A DNA stretch of 63,629 bases, filler included, from Chiloscyllium plagiosum (GCF_004010195.1; 4 parts of one record of this genome joined end to end with filler, not necessarily neighbours in it), one strand, 5' to 3'; positions 12,437-24,974 are shown, numbered from the whole stretch's first letter. The notes: a model not told the origin generated them from the sequence alone. A program made the numbers and translations.

Positions 12437-12531
12437 TTGAAACTTTATTGCTGGAACAGCACAGCAGGTCAGGCAGCATCCAGGGAACAGGAGATTCGAC
12501 GTTTCGGGCACAGGCCCTTCTTCAGGAATGA
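12437..12531 (-). mobile_element. 95-bp young Penelope-terminus insertion with perfect 13-bp TSD
   Basis: AGTTGGTTCTTTG at 12424-12436 and 12532-12544; the insert matches the left arm of the 21350-21572 element. Confidence 0.92.
12494..12529 (-). ncRNA. Minimal type-I hammerhead ribozyme motif (intact)
   Basis: Minus strand ATTC-CTGAAGA-A-GGGC-CTGT-GCCC-GAAA-CG-TC/GAAT: CUGANGA and GAAA core, stem II GGGC/GCCC, stem I ATTC/GAAT, GUC cleavage triplet, palindromic ACGU in place of stem III. Confidence 0.8.
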
Positions 12532-14255
12532 AGTTGGTTCTTTGAACTCCAAGTGGTCCCTGCATCTTTCAGAATATATTGCTGCAATGAGTATCTTCCA
12601 ATCAGAAGATCTGCGCATCTTTTACAAATGAGCCATTGGCTTCACACTCTGCTCCCTTCACCAGGCTTCTCTTCACTTTCCTACCAACCTTCTCAGTCAA
12701 GGATGACTCATACTGAACATTCATTGTCACATCTTATTCTCTAACACAGAGCAATGTAGCTTTCACAGTCACATCTCACAGCCTTGCCAGACAGTTCTTC
12801 AAGTGTGACTGTACCATCACCCAAACCTACTGCGACATACCCATTGATGTAATTTCCTCTCTCTTGCAAGATGACATGGCCAATAGTCAGAGGCTGCAAT
12901 ACCTAACCAGTAAGGGATAGGACTTTCTGAATATCTTTATCCCATGCAACAGACAATGTTGAATCTTTGGTGTGATCATAACTGTGACCATGCCAGCGCT
13001 GGAACGGTAATGAAAGATGGTGATGGTGAGTTTCTAATCCGTCTTCTCACCTTTCATCCCACAGATTATTCTGATTTGCAAGATGAAAATTGTATAAACT
13101 TGCATGTCTTGCTCCCCCTCACTTCAAATCTACCCTTGTACATTTATCTTTTCACATACTCAAGAAGTGAGGAAGAATTGGTGTGGGAACCAAAGGTGCA
13201 AGAATAAAAAGATACTGGTGAATAAGAAGCAACATCATTCAATCTCATACTCAAAACCATCAAATCAAATCCTGGCACTCAGCATGCCTTAAAAGACTGT
13301 AGAGGCAATGATAAGTCCATATAGTGAGTAACTGGGCATAAATGAAAATACCTATCACTAGAAACTCAGATGAGATGATCAGTTAATTAATTCATCCTCT
13401 AATTGATCTTAGTCTATGAGACACACTTTATTTCATGTTCCATTCCTTTTTGACAGGTTAATTCAGTCCATGATCTTATTATACTTTAACTAGGTTTCCT
13501 CGCAGTGTCCTGGAGACTGATCAGAAGCGAGAATATCAGGTCAACCGAGGGTGAGATTGTACTCGTAATTTACCACTGAAAACTCAGATGAGGACTTTGA
13601 TGCAGTGTCCAGGAAAGGCTGCTCTCTATGAAATCAGAAATGATGATTCATTGACCGACCCACCAAACGAATTGCCATGGGAATATAGAATTAGCCTTCA
13701 AGTTCGCAACATTACCATTGCTCTTGAAGGAGGTACTGAGGGGAGTAACAAAGGTGATTCTGAATCTTAGTCACTAGAGTTCAGAGAAATTCTATACTTC
13801 TTTGGAAAATAAGACACTTAAAGAAAACCTAATTAAAACACCGTATGATTATGAACTGAATTGGCTAAATTAATCTATAAAGAAGAAATAGTTCATGAAA
13901 TAAAATGTGTCATATGGACTAACATCAAAAAGCCTCCAGCTTATCTACCATGGCCCATTTCCTTTGCTGCTGAAGACAATGGGTACAATATAATAGATGC
14001 TGCTGATTTGTCATAAGTCCATTTTGCACTCCCATCAATATAAATTTTCATCCACATTGTTTCTGAAGTGCTTCATGTTATCACCACTTGCTGACGCTAC
14101 CTTTTTAACAACCCGCATTTTAAAGCAACATCTCCACAAAAATATTTCGCTTGTCACCTGAAACAATTAAGATATAACTAAAATATAAGTATTCAAAAAG
14201 GCCCTGGACTGAGTTTGCAAGTATCATTTTTTAGTTGAATTTCAAAAAAACTACA

Positions 14256-14572
14256 AGTGGTTAGCACTGCTGCCTCACAGTGTCAGGGACCGGGATTCGA
14301 TTCCAGCCTCGGGCGACTGACTGTGTGGAGTTTGCACATTCTCCCCGTGTCTGTGTGGGTTTCCTCCGGGTGCTCCGGATTCCTCTCACAGTCCAAAGAT
14401 GTGCAGGTCAGGTGAGTTGCCCATAGTGTTCAGGGATGTGGAGGTTAGGTGTATTAGTCTTGGGGAAAGTAGAACAATAAGGTAGTGGTTTGGGGCTGGC
14501 TGAGGTACTCTTTGGAAGATTGATGAGGACTTGTTGGGCCAAATGGCTTGTTTCCACACTGTAGGGATTCTA
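14256..14572 (+). mobile_element. HE1/V-SINE-like SINE (slightly 5' truncated)
   Basis: agtggttagcactgctgcctcacag..gattcgattcc B-box, V-domain, tail gtagggattcta. Confidence 0.92.
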
Positions 14573-14712
14573 AGTGTGAATGCTGGACTCCTGAAACAAA
14601 GCTAGAAAATATGTGAAACCTATTTATCCATCATCTAATTTCTAATGATAAGAAAATCCCTGCTCAAAATAGTCTTAAATCTGTGGTATATGTTGAATAG
14701 CTGTCCTGTCAT

Positions 14713-15049
14713 GATTAGATTAGATGATTTACAGATTAGATTAGATTAGATTACTTACAGTGTGGATACAGGCCCTTCGGCCCAACAAGTCCACACCGCC
14801 CCGCTGAAGCGCAACCCACCCATACCCATACATTTACCCCTTACCTAACACTACGGGCAATTTAGCATGGTCAATTCACCTGACCTGCACATCTTTGGAC
14901 TGTGGGAGGAAACCGGAGAACCCGGAGCAAACCCACGCAGACACGGGGAGAACATGCAAACTCCACACAGTCAGTCGCCTGAGGCGGGAATTGAACCCAG
15001 GTCTCTAGCACTGTGAGGCAGCAGTGCTAACCACTGTGCCACCGTGCCG
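14713..15049 (-). mobile_element. HE1/V-SINE-like SINE with (ATCTA)n tail
   Basis: Full reverse-complement copy; attagattagattag tail at 14713-14752. Confidence 0.92.
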
Positions 15050-15461
15050 TCATCTTCAAAAATTCAAGGAACCTGTCATCAAAGATTGTTTTTTTCAAAC
15101 TTGAAACTTATAAGAAATCTAATTGGTATTTTTTTTCCAAAACATTAATTACATTCTCTCTACAGCAGTGTTCTCCATTCCCCGCCCCATAAATCTAATC
15201 AGTTATTCTTGGCGTTAAAGAGGTATTAAATCTAAAGCAAAATATTACATTCTCTTTGCCTTGCATTTAAGAAGCTCAAGACTGTAAGGAACCTGTATGT
15301 GCTTCATGAATCAATGGAATTATGTACTGCCGAGGCCTGAAGAGCTTGGCTCATTAAATATGTTCAAGTCTGAGAGAAACAGATTGTTTTTGCCAGTGAT
15401 GGAATCAAGGGTTATGTGGCATTCAAGATTATCAAATCCATCATGATCTCATTGAATGGTG

Positions 15462-15652
15462 TGGAGGTGCCGATTTTGGACGAGAGTGGACAAAGTCAGA
15501 AGTCACACGACACCAGGTTATAGTCCAACAGGTTTATTTGAAATCACAAGCTTTCGTAGCCTGAAGTGTTCACCTGATGAAGGGGGCAGTGTTCCAAAAG
15601 TTTGTGATTTCAAATAAACCTGTTGGACTATAACCTGGTGCAGTGTGACTTC
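15462..15652. mobile_element. Palindromic Penelope-terminus element (family B variant)
   Basis: gaagtcacacgacaccaggttatagtccaacaggtttatttgaaatcacaagctttc is inverted to cacctgatgaagg..aaagtttgtgatttcaaataaacctgttggactataacctggtg..gtgtgacttc. Confidence 0.85.
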
Positions 15653-17861
15653 GTAGTATAGTATATAGGGAATAGTAGAAGAGAGTCAATGGGCTAACTA
15701 GCCTATTTCTTTTCCTAAAACTGTGTGTATGTCCCATTTCTGAGTTTGAGAAGTCACTGACACAGTGATGTCTATGCCTAGATGCCCTTGAGAAGGTGAT
15801 GGTGAACCTTTTACGTATGAAAATAAAGAAATGTTTCTCAGATAGGAATATCTATAAAACACCTTGTTCAGCATTCCATGGGGTCATTTAATTTGCCTCA
15901 GGACTGAAATCCCATCTAACTTGCATCCTGGATTGAAATGTTATGACTAAAATCCCAGGGCAAATTCATTTACTGGCAAGCTAACATGAAGTGACATGTT
16001 GTGTTTTTAAAAGTACAATGAAGGGTCGACAGTGTCCCATACATTATGCTGTCGAAAACATTAATAGTTTGTAACACTGACACATGGAATGACATAAATA
16101 AAGCTGCAGCATGAAAGAATATTTATTTCAGCAAGGGTCAACTCATGCACGACTACAGATAATTATAAGGAAAAATAGACAACAAGCACATTTATGAGAA
16201 TTACGCCTCACCAATTATTAATATTCATTCCCTAGGGTTTTGGAAAACACAACAGCAACGTATTAACAGACTTCAGGCAACTTGTGAATATCCAAACCTT
16301 TGTCTCATTTGAGCTAATTTAAGGTGGATAATGTCTTTAATTCTTCAATAACAAGACTCTCCATATACCAAATGATAAAGTGTGTCCAATACCCATCAGT
16401 TACTGTAAATACAGAAAGGTGGGCCAAAGCTCTTGATGTTCCAGCTTTTTCTTCTCTTTTCCTTTAGCTTCCAATGGAGCCATTGGTGCTTCTGATTAAA
16501 TTAATTAATGGCCTTCTGGAATGAATTCCTTTGAGACCTTATTACATATTAGATAGAATTCCAGAGGTGGCCTGGAGATGTTCCTGATTGCATTTCCTCT
16601 CAGCCACATCCGTACATATTGAAAACAACTTGAATTTACATAACACATTTAACATAGTAATATGTCGCAGGACAAAAATAGAGGTGTAATATCACAGTGA
16701 GTCCATAAGGAACAATTGAGGTGACCAAAAGCTTGATCATTATAGATCAAAGCCAAAAAAAGTAGGGTTCAAATCCAGTATGGTCAGATCCTACATCATT
16801 TGAAGTTTGTCCAACTGGTAATCCAGCAGTATCCTGATGTAGCCCTGCCTGGATGTCAGAGAAAAACACCTTTTTATGTCGTAATTACTGCATCCCATTG
16901 ACGATGACTTGGATTGCCACTGGGATCTGGGAAAGGCAAGAATGGAATGTAGGAAAGGAGTTATAGAGTTTGCTTAAGTACATTACTGCTGACATTCAAT
17001 GAAAATGTATTAGTGCTCTCTGAATATACATCTGTAGTACTCTAGATATTGTTAAACCATTTTCATGTAATGATATTTGTAATTGAGCTCAATATAATCA
17101 ATTAAATCACACCCGTACATAGCTAGGAAAATCAACATGTGCTAACTGTCATTTGATTCATGTTGAACAGAATTCATGCTCAAAAAGACAACGAAAAACA
17201 ACCTGCACTATGTAAGAAGGAACTAAATGAGCACTTTATATGCTAGGGTGTTGTCAGGTATGGATCAAGTGCAACTAAATGAGATTAGTGTAGTTTGGCA
17301 TTTGTTGGGTGGAAGAGACATGATGGGTTGAACGGTGTGTTTCTGTGCTGTATGACTCTGTGATTCTAGGGCAAACGGTTCTAATTTTCAAACAGGTAAA
17401 ATTTGTTGAATGTTATTCTCAATTCCAATGGATCACATCTTGTCTTAAGCCAATTGATATTCTCGAATGCCTAAACCATGATTGGAGTTGTCTTAGCTGA
17501 AAATCTGCAGGAAATATATAAAGTATGTCAGTGAACTGTTTCCATTTGGTCAGTAAGCACAGAGAAAACACTCAGCTTCAAAATTAGGAGGAAATATGTA
17601 TTACTGAAAAATGCTACAAATAACAGCCCATATCTTTCAATATAGAGAGCATCGAATGATTGATCTAAATTGCTGTTGTGCCTCAAGATGCTAAAAAAGC
17701 CATAAAATATGCACAAGGACTTTGTCTGACATGAAGTTTCAAACTTTAAAGTTCTGTTTGCCAGTATTACCATGTATAGAATGCTTTGCAGTTTCTTCTG
17801 ATAGTCAGCGCTTGATGACCAGCTCTTGACCAGAGACTTGGGCTGTCCATCATTATTCATC

Positions 17862-18320
17862 GAAAAGTGTGGTGCTGGAAAAGCACAGCCGGTCAGGCAG
17901 CATCTGAAGAGCAGGAGAGTCAACACTTCGAGCATGAGCTGTTCATCAGGAATGGGCTTGGCAAGGGGGCTGAGAGATAAATGGGAGGGCTGCAGGGAAG
18001 GTCACTGGGAATGTCTTAGGTAGGTGAAGGTGGGAGTGAAGGTGATAGGTCGGAGAGGAGAGTGGAGCAGATAGGTGGGAAGGAAAATGGACAAGTAGAA
18101 CAGTTCAAGAGGGTGATGCCGAGTTGGAGGGTTGGATCTGGGATAAGGTGGGGGCAGGGGAAATGAGGAAACTGGAGAAATCAACATTGGCACCATGTGG
18201 TTGGAGGGTCCCAAGGTGGAAGATGAGGTCCCCTGCGCTTCCCCCACAATATTCGGATGCTGCCTGACCAGCTGTGTTTTTCCAGCACCACACGGTTCGG
18301 CTCTGATCTGCAGCATTGCA
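17862..18320 (-). mobile_element. Penelope 3' fragment (GIY-YIG C-terminus + terminus) with short inverted terminal copy
   Basis: Minus-strand peptide LIFHLGTLQPHGANVDFSSF matches the 39133 region; an inverted terminus gatgctgcctgaccagctgtgtttttccagc lies at ~18256-18310. Confidence 0.8.
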
Positions 18321-18324
18321 GAGA

Positions 18325-18948
18325 GGTGGCACAGTGACTGCCAGGGACTCGAGTTCAATTCCAGCCTTGGGTGACTGTCTGTGTGGAGTTTGCACATTGT
18401 CCCCGTCCCTGCGTGGGTTTCCTCTGGGTGCTCCGGTTTCCTCCAAAGTCCAAAGATGTACAGGTCAGGTGAATTGGCCATGCTAAGTTGCCCGTAGTGT
18501 TAAGGTGCATTCGTTAGAGGGGAATGGGTCTGGGTGGGTTACTCTTCGGTGGGTCGGTGTGGACTTGTTGAATCAAGGAGCTTGTTTCCAAACTGTAGGG
18601 AATTTAATCTAATCAGTCGTCACTTTTGTTCTCTCCATCATTGAGGATGGAATGATGGTTCAATGGTTAGTGCTGCTGCCTCACAGCACTAGGGACCCAG
18701 TTTTGATTCCCCCCTTTGAATGACGGTCTGTGTGGAGTCTGCATGTTCTCCTCATGTCTGTGTGAGCTTCCTCACACAGTCCAAAGATATGCAGGTTCAG
18801 TGGATTGGCCAAGCTAAATTGCCCATAGTCTGTAGAGTAGGTGGCATAGCCATGGGCAAAGCAGGGTTAGGGTAGGTTGATAGGATACTCTTTGGAGGAC
18901 CAATGTGGGCTGAATGATCTGCTTCCATATTGTGGGGGATTCTATGAT
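18325..18948 (+). mobile_element. Two tandem HE1/V-SINE-like SINEs (~18325-18614 and ~18645-18948)
   Basis: Each has the V-domain and a CR1-type tail; the first has an internal 5' deletion. Confidence 0.85.
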
Positions 18949-19957
18949 TTATGCTTTTTAATACACATTTACTTAGAGCTTTCTCAAGCAGGTGCAAAAC
19001 TTTCTGAAGAGTGCAACTGAAAATAGTTACATTGTCATAGCACTCCCGAATCACAGAAAATTTGACGCTGATTACTCCCCACATCTCCGACATTGCTCGC
19101 CAGCTGCCAACAATTGTCACCCTGATTCTTATGTAGGGGAGTCAACATTGTCAGTGGAATTGTGTGTGAAAGGGATATCAGTATTGTAAGGTTGAGAGGG
19201 GGGGTGGTGGTCGTGGATGGCTCCGAGTTGATCCGGAATAAGAAGGAGGACTGTGGGCCATAGGAATGGGAGATGGGGTGAACATTGTTAGGGAGTTGAG
19301 GAGGAAGATGTCCCTTTCAGGAAGATAACTAGCATCATTCTACACTCAGCATTTGTTCACTCTTATTTGCAATGATTTGTGTTCCAAAGTGTTCACTCGG
19401 TCATTGCTTGACATCTAGCAGTGATCTATTGAAAACAGTGACCATGAAATGAAATCATACAGCACTCCAAGCACATCAATTGCAAACAATTATTTCACTT
19501 TAAAGCATGTAGCAGCATTCAACTCAAATCATTGGAAATCAACTGTTTGGAAAGTAAGCTGCAACAAAAGGTTTTTAACCAATAAGGGATCGAAAGAAGA
19601 TAAAAACTCAGAGATTGAAACTTTTCAGGTCCTGGCTGTAAGGGCACAATTAATAAGAAAAGAAATAACTCAGGCAAGGCTAAGGTATTTTTCTAAGACA
19701 CTGTTGAGTTGGAAGTATGATTTTTTTAACATAGACAACTCACTTTCATGACCTCTATCTTGTTATTAGCATTAATATTTTGGTTGTCGTAATGACTACA
19801 ATTAGTCATTACAATGTGATTTTTTTTATTGTATATTATTTTAATCAACAACTTTCCACTTCATCTCTCCTCATCTGTTCCCTCTTTTCTGCTCAACTCC
19901 TCTCGTCACCGTGCTAATTACACTCCACCACTGACTGGAAGATGTGGGCCAACATGT

Positions 19958-20218
19958 GGGATAGCACGTGGCTCAGTGGTTAGTGCTGCTGCCTTGCAAT
20001 GCCAGGAACCCATATTCAATTCCACCCTTTGGGGAATGTCTGTGTGAAGTTTTTCCTCTGTCTGTCAGGTGCTCTGGTTTCTATCCACAGTCTAAAGATG
20101 TGTAGGTTAGATGGATTGGCCATGTTAAATTATACCACAGTGTCCAGAGAGTTACACATGGGAAATGCTCTTCGGAAGGTTGCTATGGGCCAAATGGCTA
20201 GCTGTAGAGATTCTACGA
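19958..20218 (+). mobile_element. Diverged HE1/V-SINE-like SINE
   Basis: gtggctcagtggttagtgctgctgcc...cacagtctaaagatgtgtaggttagatggattggccatg. Confidence 0.8.
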
Positions 20219-20249
20219 ATGTGCTATTTGTCTTAATGTTAACAATTGC

Positions 20250-20632
20250 ACCTTTATATCAGAAAGTGACAGGTTGAAACCTCACTCCTCAGATACGACC
20301 ATGTAATATGTGTTATCACTTCAATACAAATACTCTTGTTGTACTATCTGAGGTGCTGTGTTTTCGATGAGACTATAACTTATGGTTGTTTTCTGTTGAA
20401 GACGATGTAAAGGAACCCAGGGCAAATTTCAATGAAGAATGGGGAACCTCTTGTCTGTCGTATTCTTCAATCAGCAACTGACAAAATGATTGCTGTGCAT
20501 AAAGGCTTGCTCTGCACTAATTGTTTGTTGGACTTCCTATACTACAACAATGATTGGATTTCAGAAAGTACTCTGTTGCTGTTAACTGGATGTCCTGAAA
20601 TTCTAAATGGCAAATACAAATACACAAGCATT
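20250..20632 (+). mobile_element. Decayed Deu-domain SINE (SacSINE1/AmnSINE-like)
   Basis: gaggtgctgtgttttcgatgagac..gatgtaaaggaaccca..cctatactacaacaatgat..ttcagaaagtact..atgtcctga resembles the Deu-SINE consensus as I recall it. A reverse 3' fragment lies at ~22305-22447. Confidence 0.55.
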
Positions 20633-21349
20633 TTTTTTCTCTCCGGTGGGATGTAGGCAATGCTTTAGCTCAGTATATAGATATGTTAATAATATGTTTA
20701 TGGGGCTTGGCTTGGAGCTTGCTAATTGCTACCTCAGAAACTGCACCCTCAAAAATGTCATCGGAACCCAATTGTGATTTTAGTTAGAAGACTGAGTGGG
20801 CCCTGGCTTCACCAGCAGGGCAAAGCTGTGAAAAAGTAGATCCAAAATTTGGCAAGGCCCTGGCAGGAAAATTATTACTCTTTAGTTGAAATTTTCTTGT
20901 GTTTCCCTACTTTCCAGATCACATTAGATCCCTCCAGCCCCACCCTTACCATTTACCTACATGCAAGAACCATTTCCACACTCTGGTCTGACAACTTGTG
21001 ACAATATTATGGCTTTAGGAGGTGTATTTTCTCCTTTGGTTTTGAAGACAGCTTTTCAAGCAGGAGTGATGAGCTGTCTATTGAAAACCTGTAAAGTAAA
21101 CAGCTTATAAGGCTTTGGGTTTATTTAAATGTTGGAACAATAGAAGCAACCTTAATGGATGTAGTCAAGTTCCCATACAACCAGGAGTTTTAGTTATAGA
21201 TTTCAGTAGTTGCTACTGGGGTCTTGAAGAATTGGAAGCTAATTTTTATTTTCCCTCTCTAGGTTATAGCTAAAAGCTGAGGGTTCTCTTCCTGCTTGGA
21301 ATTGTATGTGAGACAATCTGTTTTCTGAATTTGTTTTTTGCCAAAGGTA

Positions 21350-21572
21350 AAAGTGAGGTCTGCAGATGCTGGAGATCAAAGTTGAAACTTTATTGCTGGA
21401 ACAGCACAGCAGGTCAGGCAGCATCCAGGGAACAGGAGATTCGACGTTTCGGGCACAGGCCCTTCTTCAGGAATCTTTCCTGAAGAAGGGCCTGTGCCCG
21501 AAACGTCGAATCTCCTGTTCCCTGGATGCTGCCTGACCTGCTGTACTGTTCCAGCAATAAAGTTTCAACTTT
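21350..21572. mobile_element. Near-perfect 96-bp-arm palindromic Penelope-terminus insertion with hammerheads in both orientations
   Basis: Arms 21378-21473 and 21477-21572 (1 mismatch, 3-nt loop); TSD TTTTGCCAAAGGTA at 21336-21349 and 21570-21583. Confidence 0.95.
21477..21510 (+). ncRNA. Minimal type-I hammerhead ribozyme motif (mirror copy on - strand at 21439-21474)
   Basis: TTC-CTGAAGA-A-GGGC-CTGT-GCCC-GAAA-CG-TC/GAA. Confidence 0.8.
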
Positions 21573-22464
21573 TGCCAAAGGTATGTTTGTGGGCTGTTAT
21601 TACATTGGAACAAATGATTAATAATACTTACAGTATTTATTATTCTTTAAGCATTTCCGTAGAGTTACAGCCAAGCCAATTATTTTCTTTATTCTTTCTT
21701 GTTTTGTCTAAAGTGTGAATAAATTGTGTTTTGCTTCAAATCTGGTAGTTTCACCAGTTGAATTGAATCTGGAATGCAATGCCTTAGCTTTAAAGTAAGA
21801 AGAAGTTAGAGTCTAGGCTACCTTGCTAATATATTTTGAGGAGGTTTGGCCTGCTGCATGGATCATGCAACAGGTGGCTGAGAAAACCTGTCAAAATGAA
21901 CCTTAGATTCTCGAGGTATTCAGTTTGCTTCTCAAACCTTGCCACCACTGTCCTTGCTTGATGTCAGGGTTAATGTTTTATTGACAACTCATGATGAATA
22001 CTTTTTTACTTGTATCTTTGGTTCTCTAAAACTCAAAGGATTAGAAATGTAACTGTCTTAAGTTAGACCTGGAATTTTCCAACATTTGAAAGTTTCTGTT
22101 TCAGACTACCCTTTCATTATTATGGATTAGTTTTTGATTCCTAGTCTTTTACATAGTTAACTCTTATTTCCTCACCCCAATCTCTTTTACACTGCATTCT
22201 TAGGTCACTTGCTTACTTTAGTTGGTTATCACAATGCCTCAGCAACAATATAGTGGCCTAAGAAATAATTCCTTATCACGGAATAAAAAATAATGGAAAG
22301 ATGATTTTGCTTTATACAGTGCTCTTTATGCTCAGTTCCAACATATTTCAGCATCAATGAAGTACTTCTGAAGTGTAGTCATTATTTTTAAGTGAATAGA
22401 TATGGCAGCCAATTTGTCACACCAAGGTCACTTAAGTAGCAATGTGGCAGTTAACTGGGATTTG

Positions 22465-22810
22465 GGGGAGGCAATGGTCTCGTGGTATTATCACTAGACT
22501 GTTCATCCAGAAATTCAGCTAATGTTCCGGGGGCCTGAGTTCATAATACTACCATGGCAGATGGTGGAATTTGAATTCAATAAAGAATCTGAAGTTAAGT
22601 GTCTAATGAACATGAAGCTATTGTTAATTGTTAGAAAAAACCCATCTGGTTCACTAATGTCCTTTATGGAAGGTCATCTTTAGCTGGTCTGGCCTACATG
22701 TGACTCCAAACCCACAGCAAAGGGGTTGACTCCTACCTGCTTTCTGGGCAATTTGAGATGGGCAATGAATACTGGCTAAGCTAAAGATGCTCACATCCCA
22801 TGAGTGAATG
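22465..22810 (+). mobile_element. Second tRNA-derived SINE family, full length
   Basis: A-box-like tggtctcgtgg, B-box-like gagttcataat, body ggtctggcctacatgtgactcca, tail gatgctcacatcccatgagtgaat. Confidence 0.8.
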
Positions 22811-24974
22811 ACTATGAATATGATTGTTGTTTGAGAAATAAATCAAGAGTTAAACAATTTAGTCAGATTGTTGTGTGTGTTTTATGTCTTATCAGAATAA
22901 CAGCACCTCCAATCATTCAGAATGCCTTTATTATTGTGTATTTTAATCATTTTGAATGAATTGCAGCAGTGAAGGATATTACACTTGAGTTAGGATAACT
23001 TTCTGCTCCTTATTATTAAACTGATTATTAGCAGAAGAACAATCACTCAACAAATACGTATAGATTCATCTTGATGATTCCAACAATTAAATATTCTGTC
23101 AGCAATCCTTCTCCAGATTCAGATATAAAGGCTGGTTGCCCACTCTTTCTACCTTAATGTAAAATGTTGCCACCAAGAAAGCTATGAATGGTAAAACAGT
23201 GAAGACATACAAGAACTTGGAATGACAGAGGGAAATTGTATTTAGAATCACCATTAGATACCTTAACCAAGACGCATTGTTTGTATGAATCCATAGTTTG
23301 AATGTTGTAAGCTGGCTAAATTGTTTTCTATTCATTTGTTGGTTAGGCTAACATTTACTGTCCATCCCTGAATTGACCAGAGAGTTAGGAGTCAATCTCA
23401 TTGTTGTGGGTCTGGAGTCACATGTAGACTGATCAGGTATGGATAGCTGAGCCAGCAAATAAACTGCTGTGCTAGGTATACGATAGGATGGGGTGTCATT
23501 AAGACAGCAACAAAACAGGTCAGCAGTCCTCTGTCAAGGAGATATACCTTGCTGTATGGCACTGTGCTCTGTGAATCTCACACCCGCACCGTCTGCCTGC
23601 GGATTACGCAGCAAACACACTGCACATACAGCAGGCAGGCAGACACGTCTCAAAGCCTTCGGGAAAGAATTCTCACAGAAGTTAATGAAGGCACCCATCA
23701 GTCAGGGATCCTAGCACAATTAGTGATGCAAGGCCCTTTAGAGGGCAACAATATCACACGCACTGTGCAAAACACAGACCTGTGACTCCCTAATCCCTTC
23801 CGATCCAAATGCATTGGCTCCCTGTATGTGGCTGTCTACTCCAGATATTGCTGATTAACTCATTTACACAAGCACTCTTACACACAAACACCGGGGATGT
23901 GTGACTGTGAGGGACCATGGTATCAGTAGAACCCATCGCCCTGTGTAAGCTCTGTTTCTCTTGCTTCCAGATGCTGCAGCAGACTCTCGGCACAGACCTT
24001 GATCCTGTAAGGGCCTGAAGTTAGGCATCAAGAAGTCAGAGTAATACAAAAATTCAGACAAAACAGACATAGAGTCAAATAAAATCAATTTAGAAGAAAT
24101 GTTATACTTTTTTTGCAGTGTGTTATTATGCATGATACCAAAGTGCCCTCAAAAGGAATTTTCTCTTTTTTTCCCTGTATTACGTCATGGTCTTGCCCAA
24201 GGTTCTCTTCCAGGGGTTGATGGAGCCTTTTGACCTTGAAGGTTCAGTCAGACAACCATGGGAGGATGTTAGTGTCTGCACACACAAGGCCAAGCTCTGG
24301 AGTTTCCTGAGAGGACCCTCTTGGCACTATCTTGTCTCCTTGTGAGGAAGGGCCACTGAAGGGTGTTTCTGGTTACCTATCCCCTTGTCAATGCCCTTGG
24401 TTCTGAGGACCAATGGTGATGCAGTGAAGCATGGGTGTGATTACCTCCACAGCAAGCCATGAGGATACTGGATCTGCTTCTTCCTGGCAGCTACCAAACT
24501 TTTGGTGGAGGCAGACATGCTGTGTCGCCAGAGCATAGCTGCACTCCTGCAGCCTTTGAGCCATGAGGGCCACTCTTTCCCATGTACCAGTCCATTGCTG
24601 CACTTTCCCCTTGTGCATTTGGATGAAGTCCTTGATTGGCGGCATCACATCTTCTCCTGCCTTGGCCAGAGTTGGTGCCCTGTTTCTATGTCCCAACAGC
24701 CTTGAGGGGGTGGGCGGACATCTCTTCCTCAACCAGCCATGGAACTGTTGCATTGATTTATCCTCCAGACTGTATTCCCTAACACGAATGTTCTCACCAA
24801 GAAATATCAACATCTGAGCTGCTGGGGAATATAGGAAGCAGCCTATGTTTCTTCTGAGGCCTCGGTATTCTTTTCCTCCAAAGGTTGAAGAGGTGTCTTC
24901 TGGTCGACCAGGCCATTTCTCCATGGGGGTGGGGGGGCAGTGGGGGATAACTTGCTGGTACACCTTAGACACAT

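Larger units (their letters stand above)
20997..21872 (+). mobile_element. Probable solo LTR (Gypsy-type), interrupted by a Penelope hairpin
   Basis: Starts TGTGACAATATTATGG, has AATAAA at ~21718 and ends ...TGCAACA; no clear TSD. Confidence 0.5.

Noticed and set aside
10395..13770. Putative exons at ~10395-10551 and ~13494-13770
   Set aside because: Splice signals are mediocre and the peptides unrecognisable; not distinguishable from chance without RNA data.
24388..24972. 194-aa minus-strand ORF as a host gene
   Set aside because: No identifiable domain; more plausibly a decayed Harbinger accessory ORF, but too weak to call.
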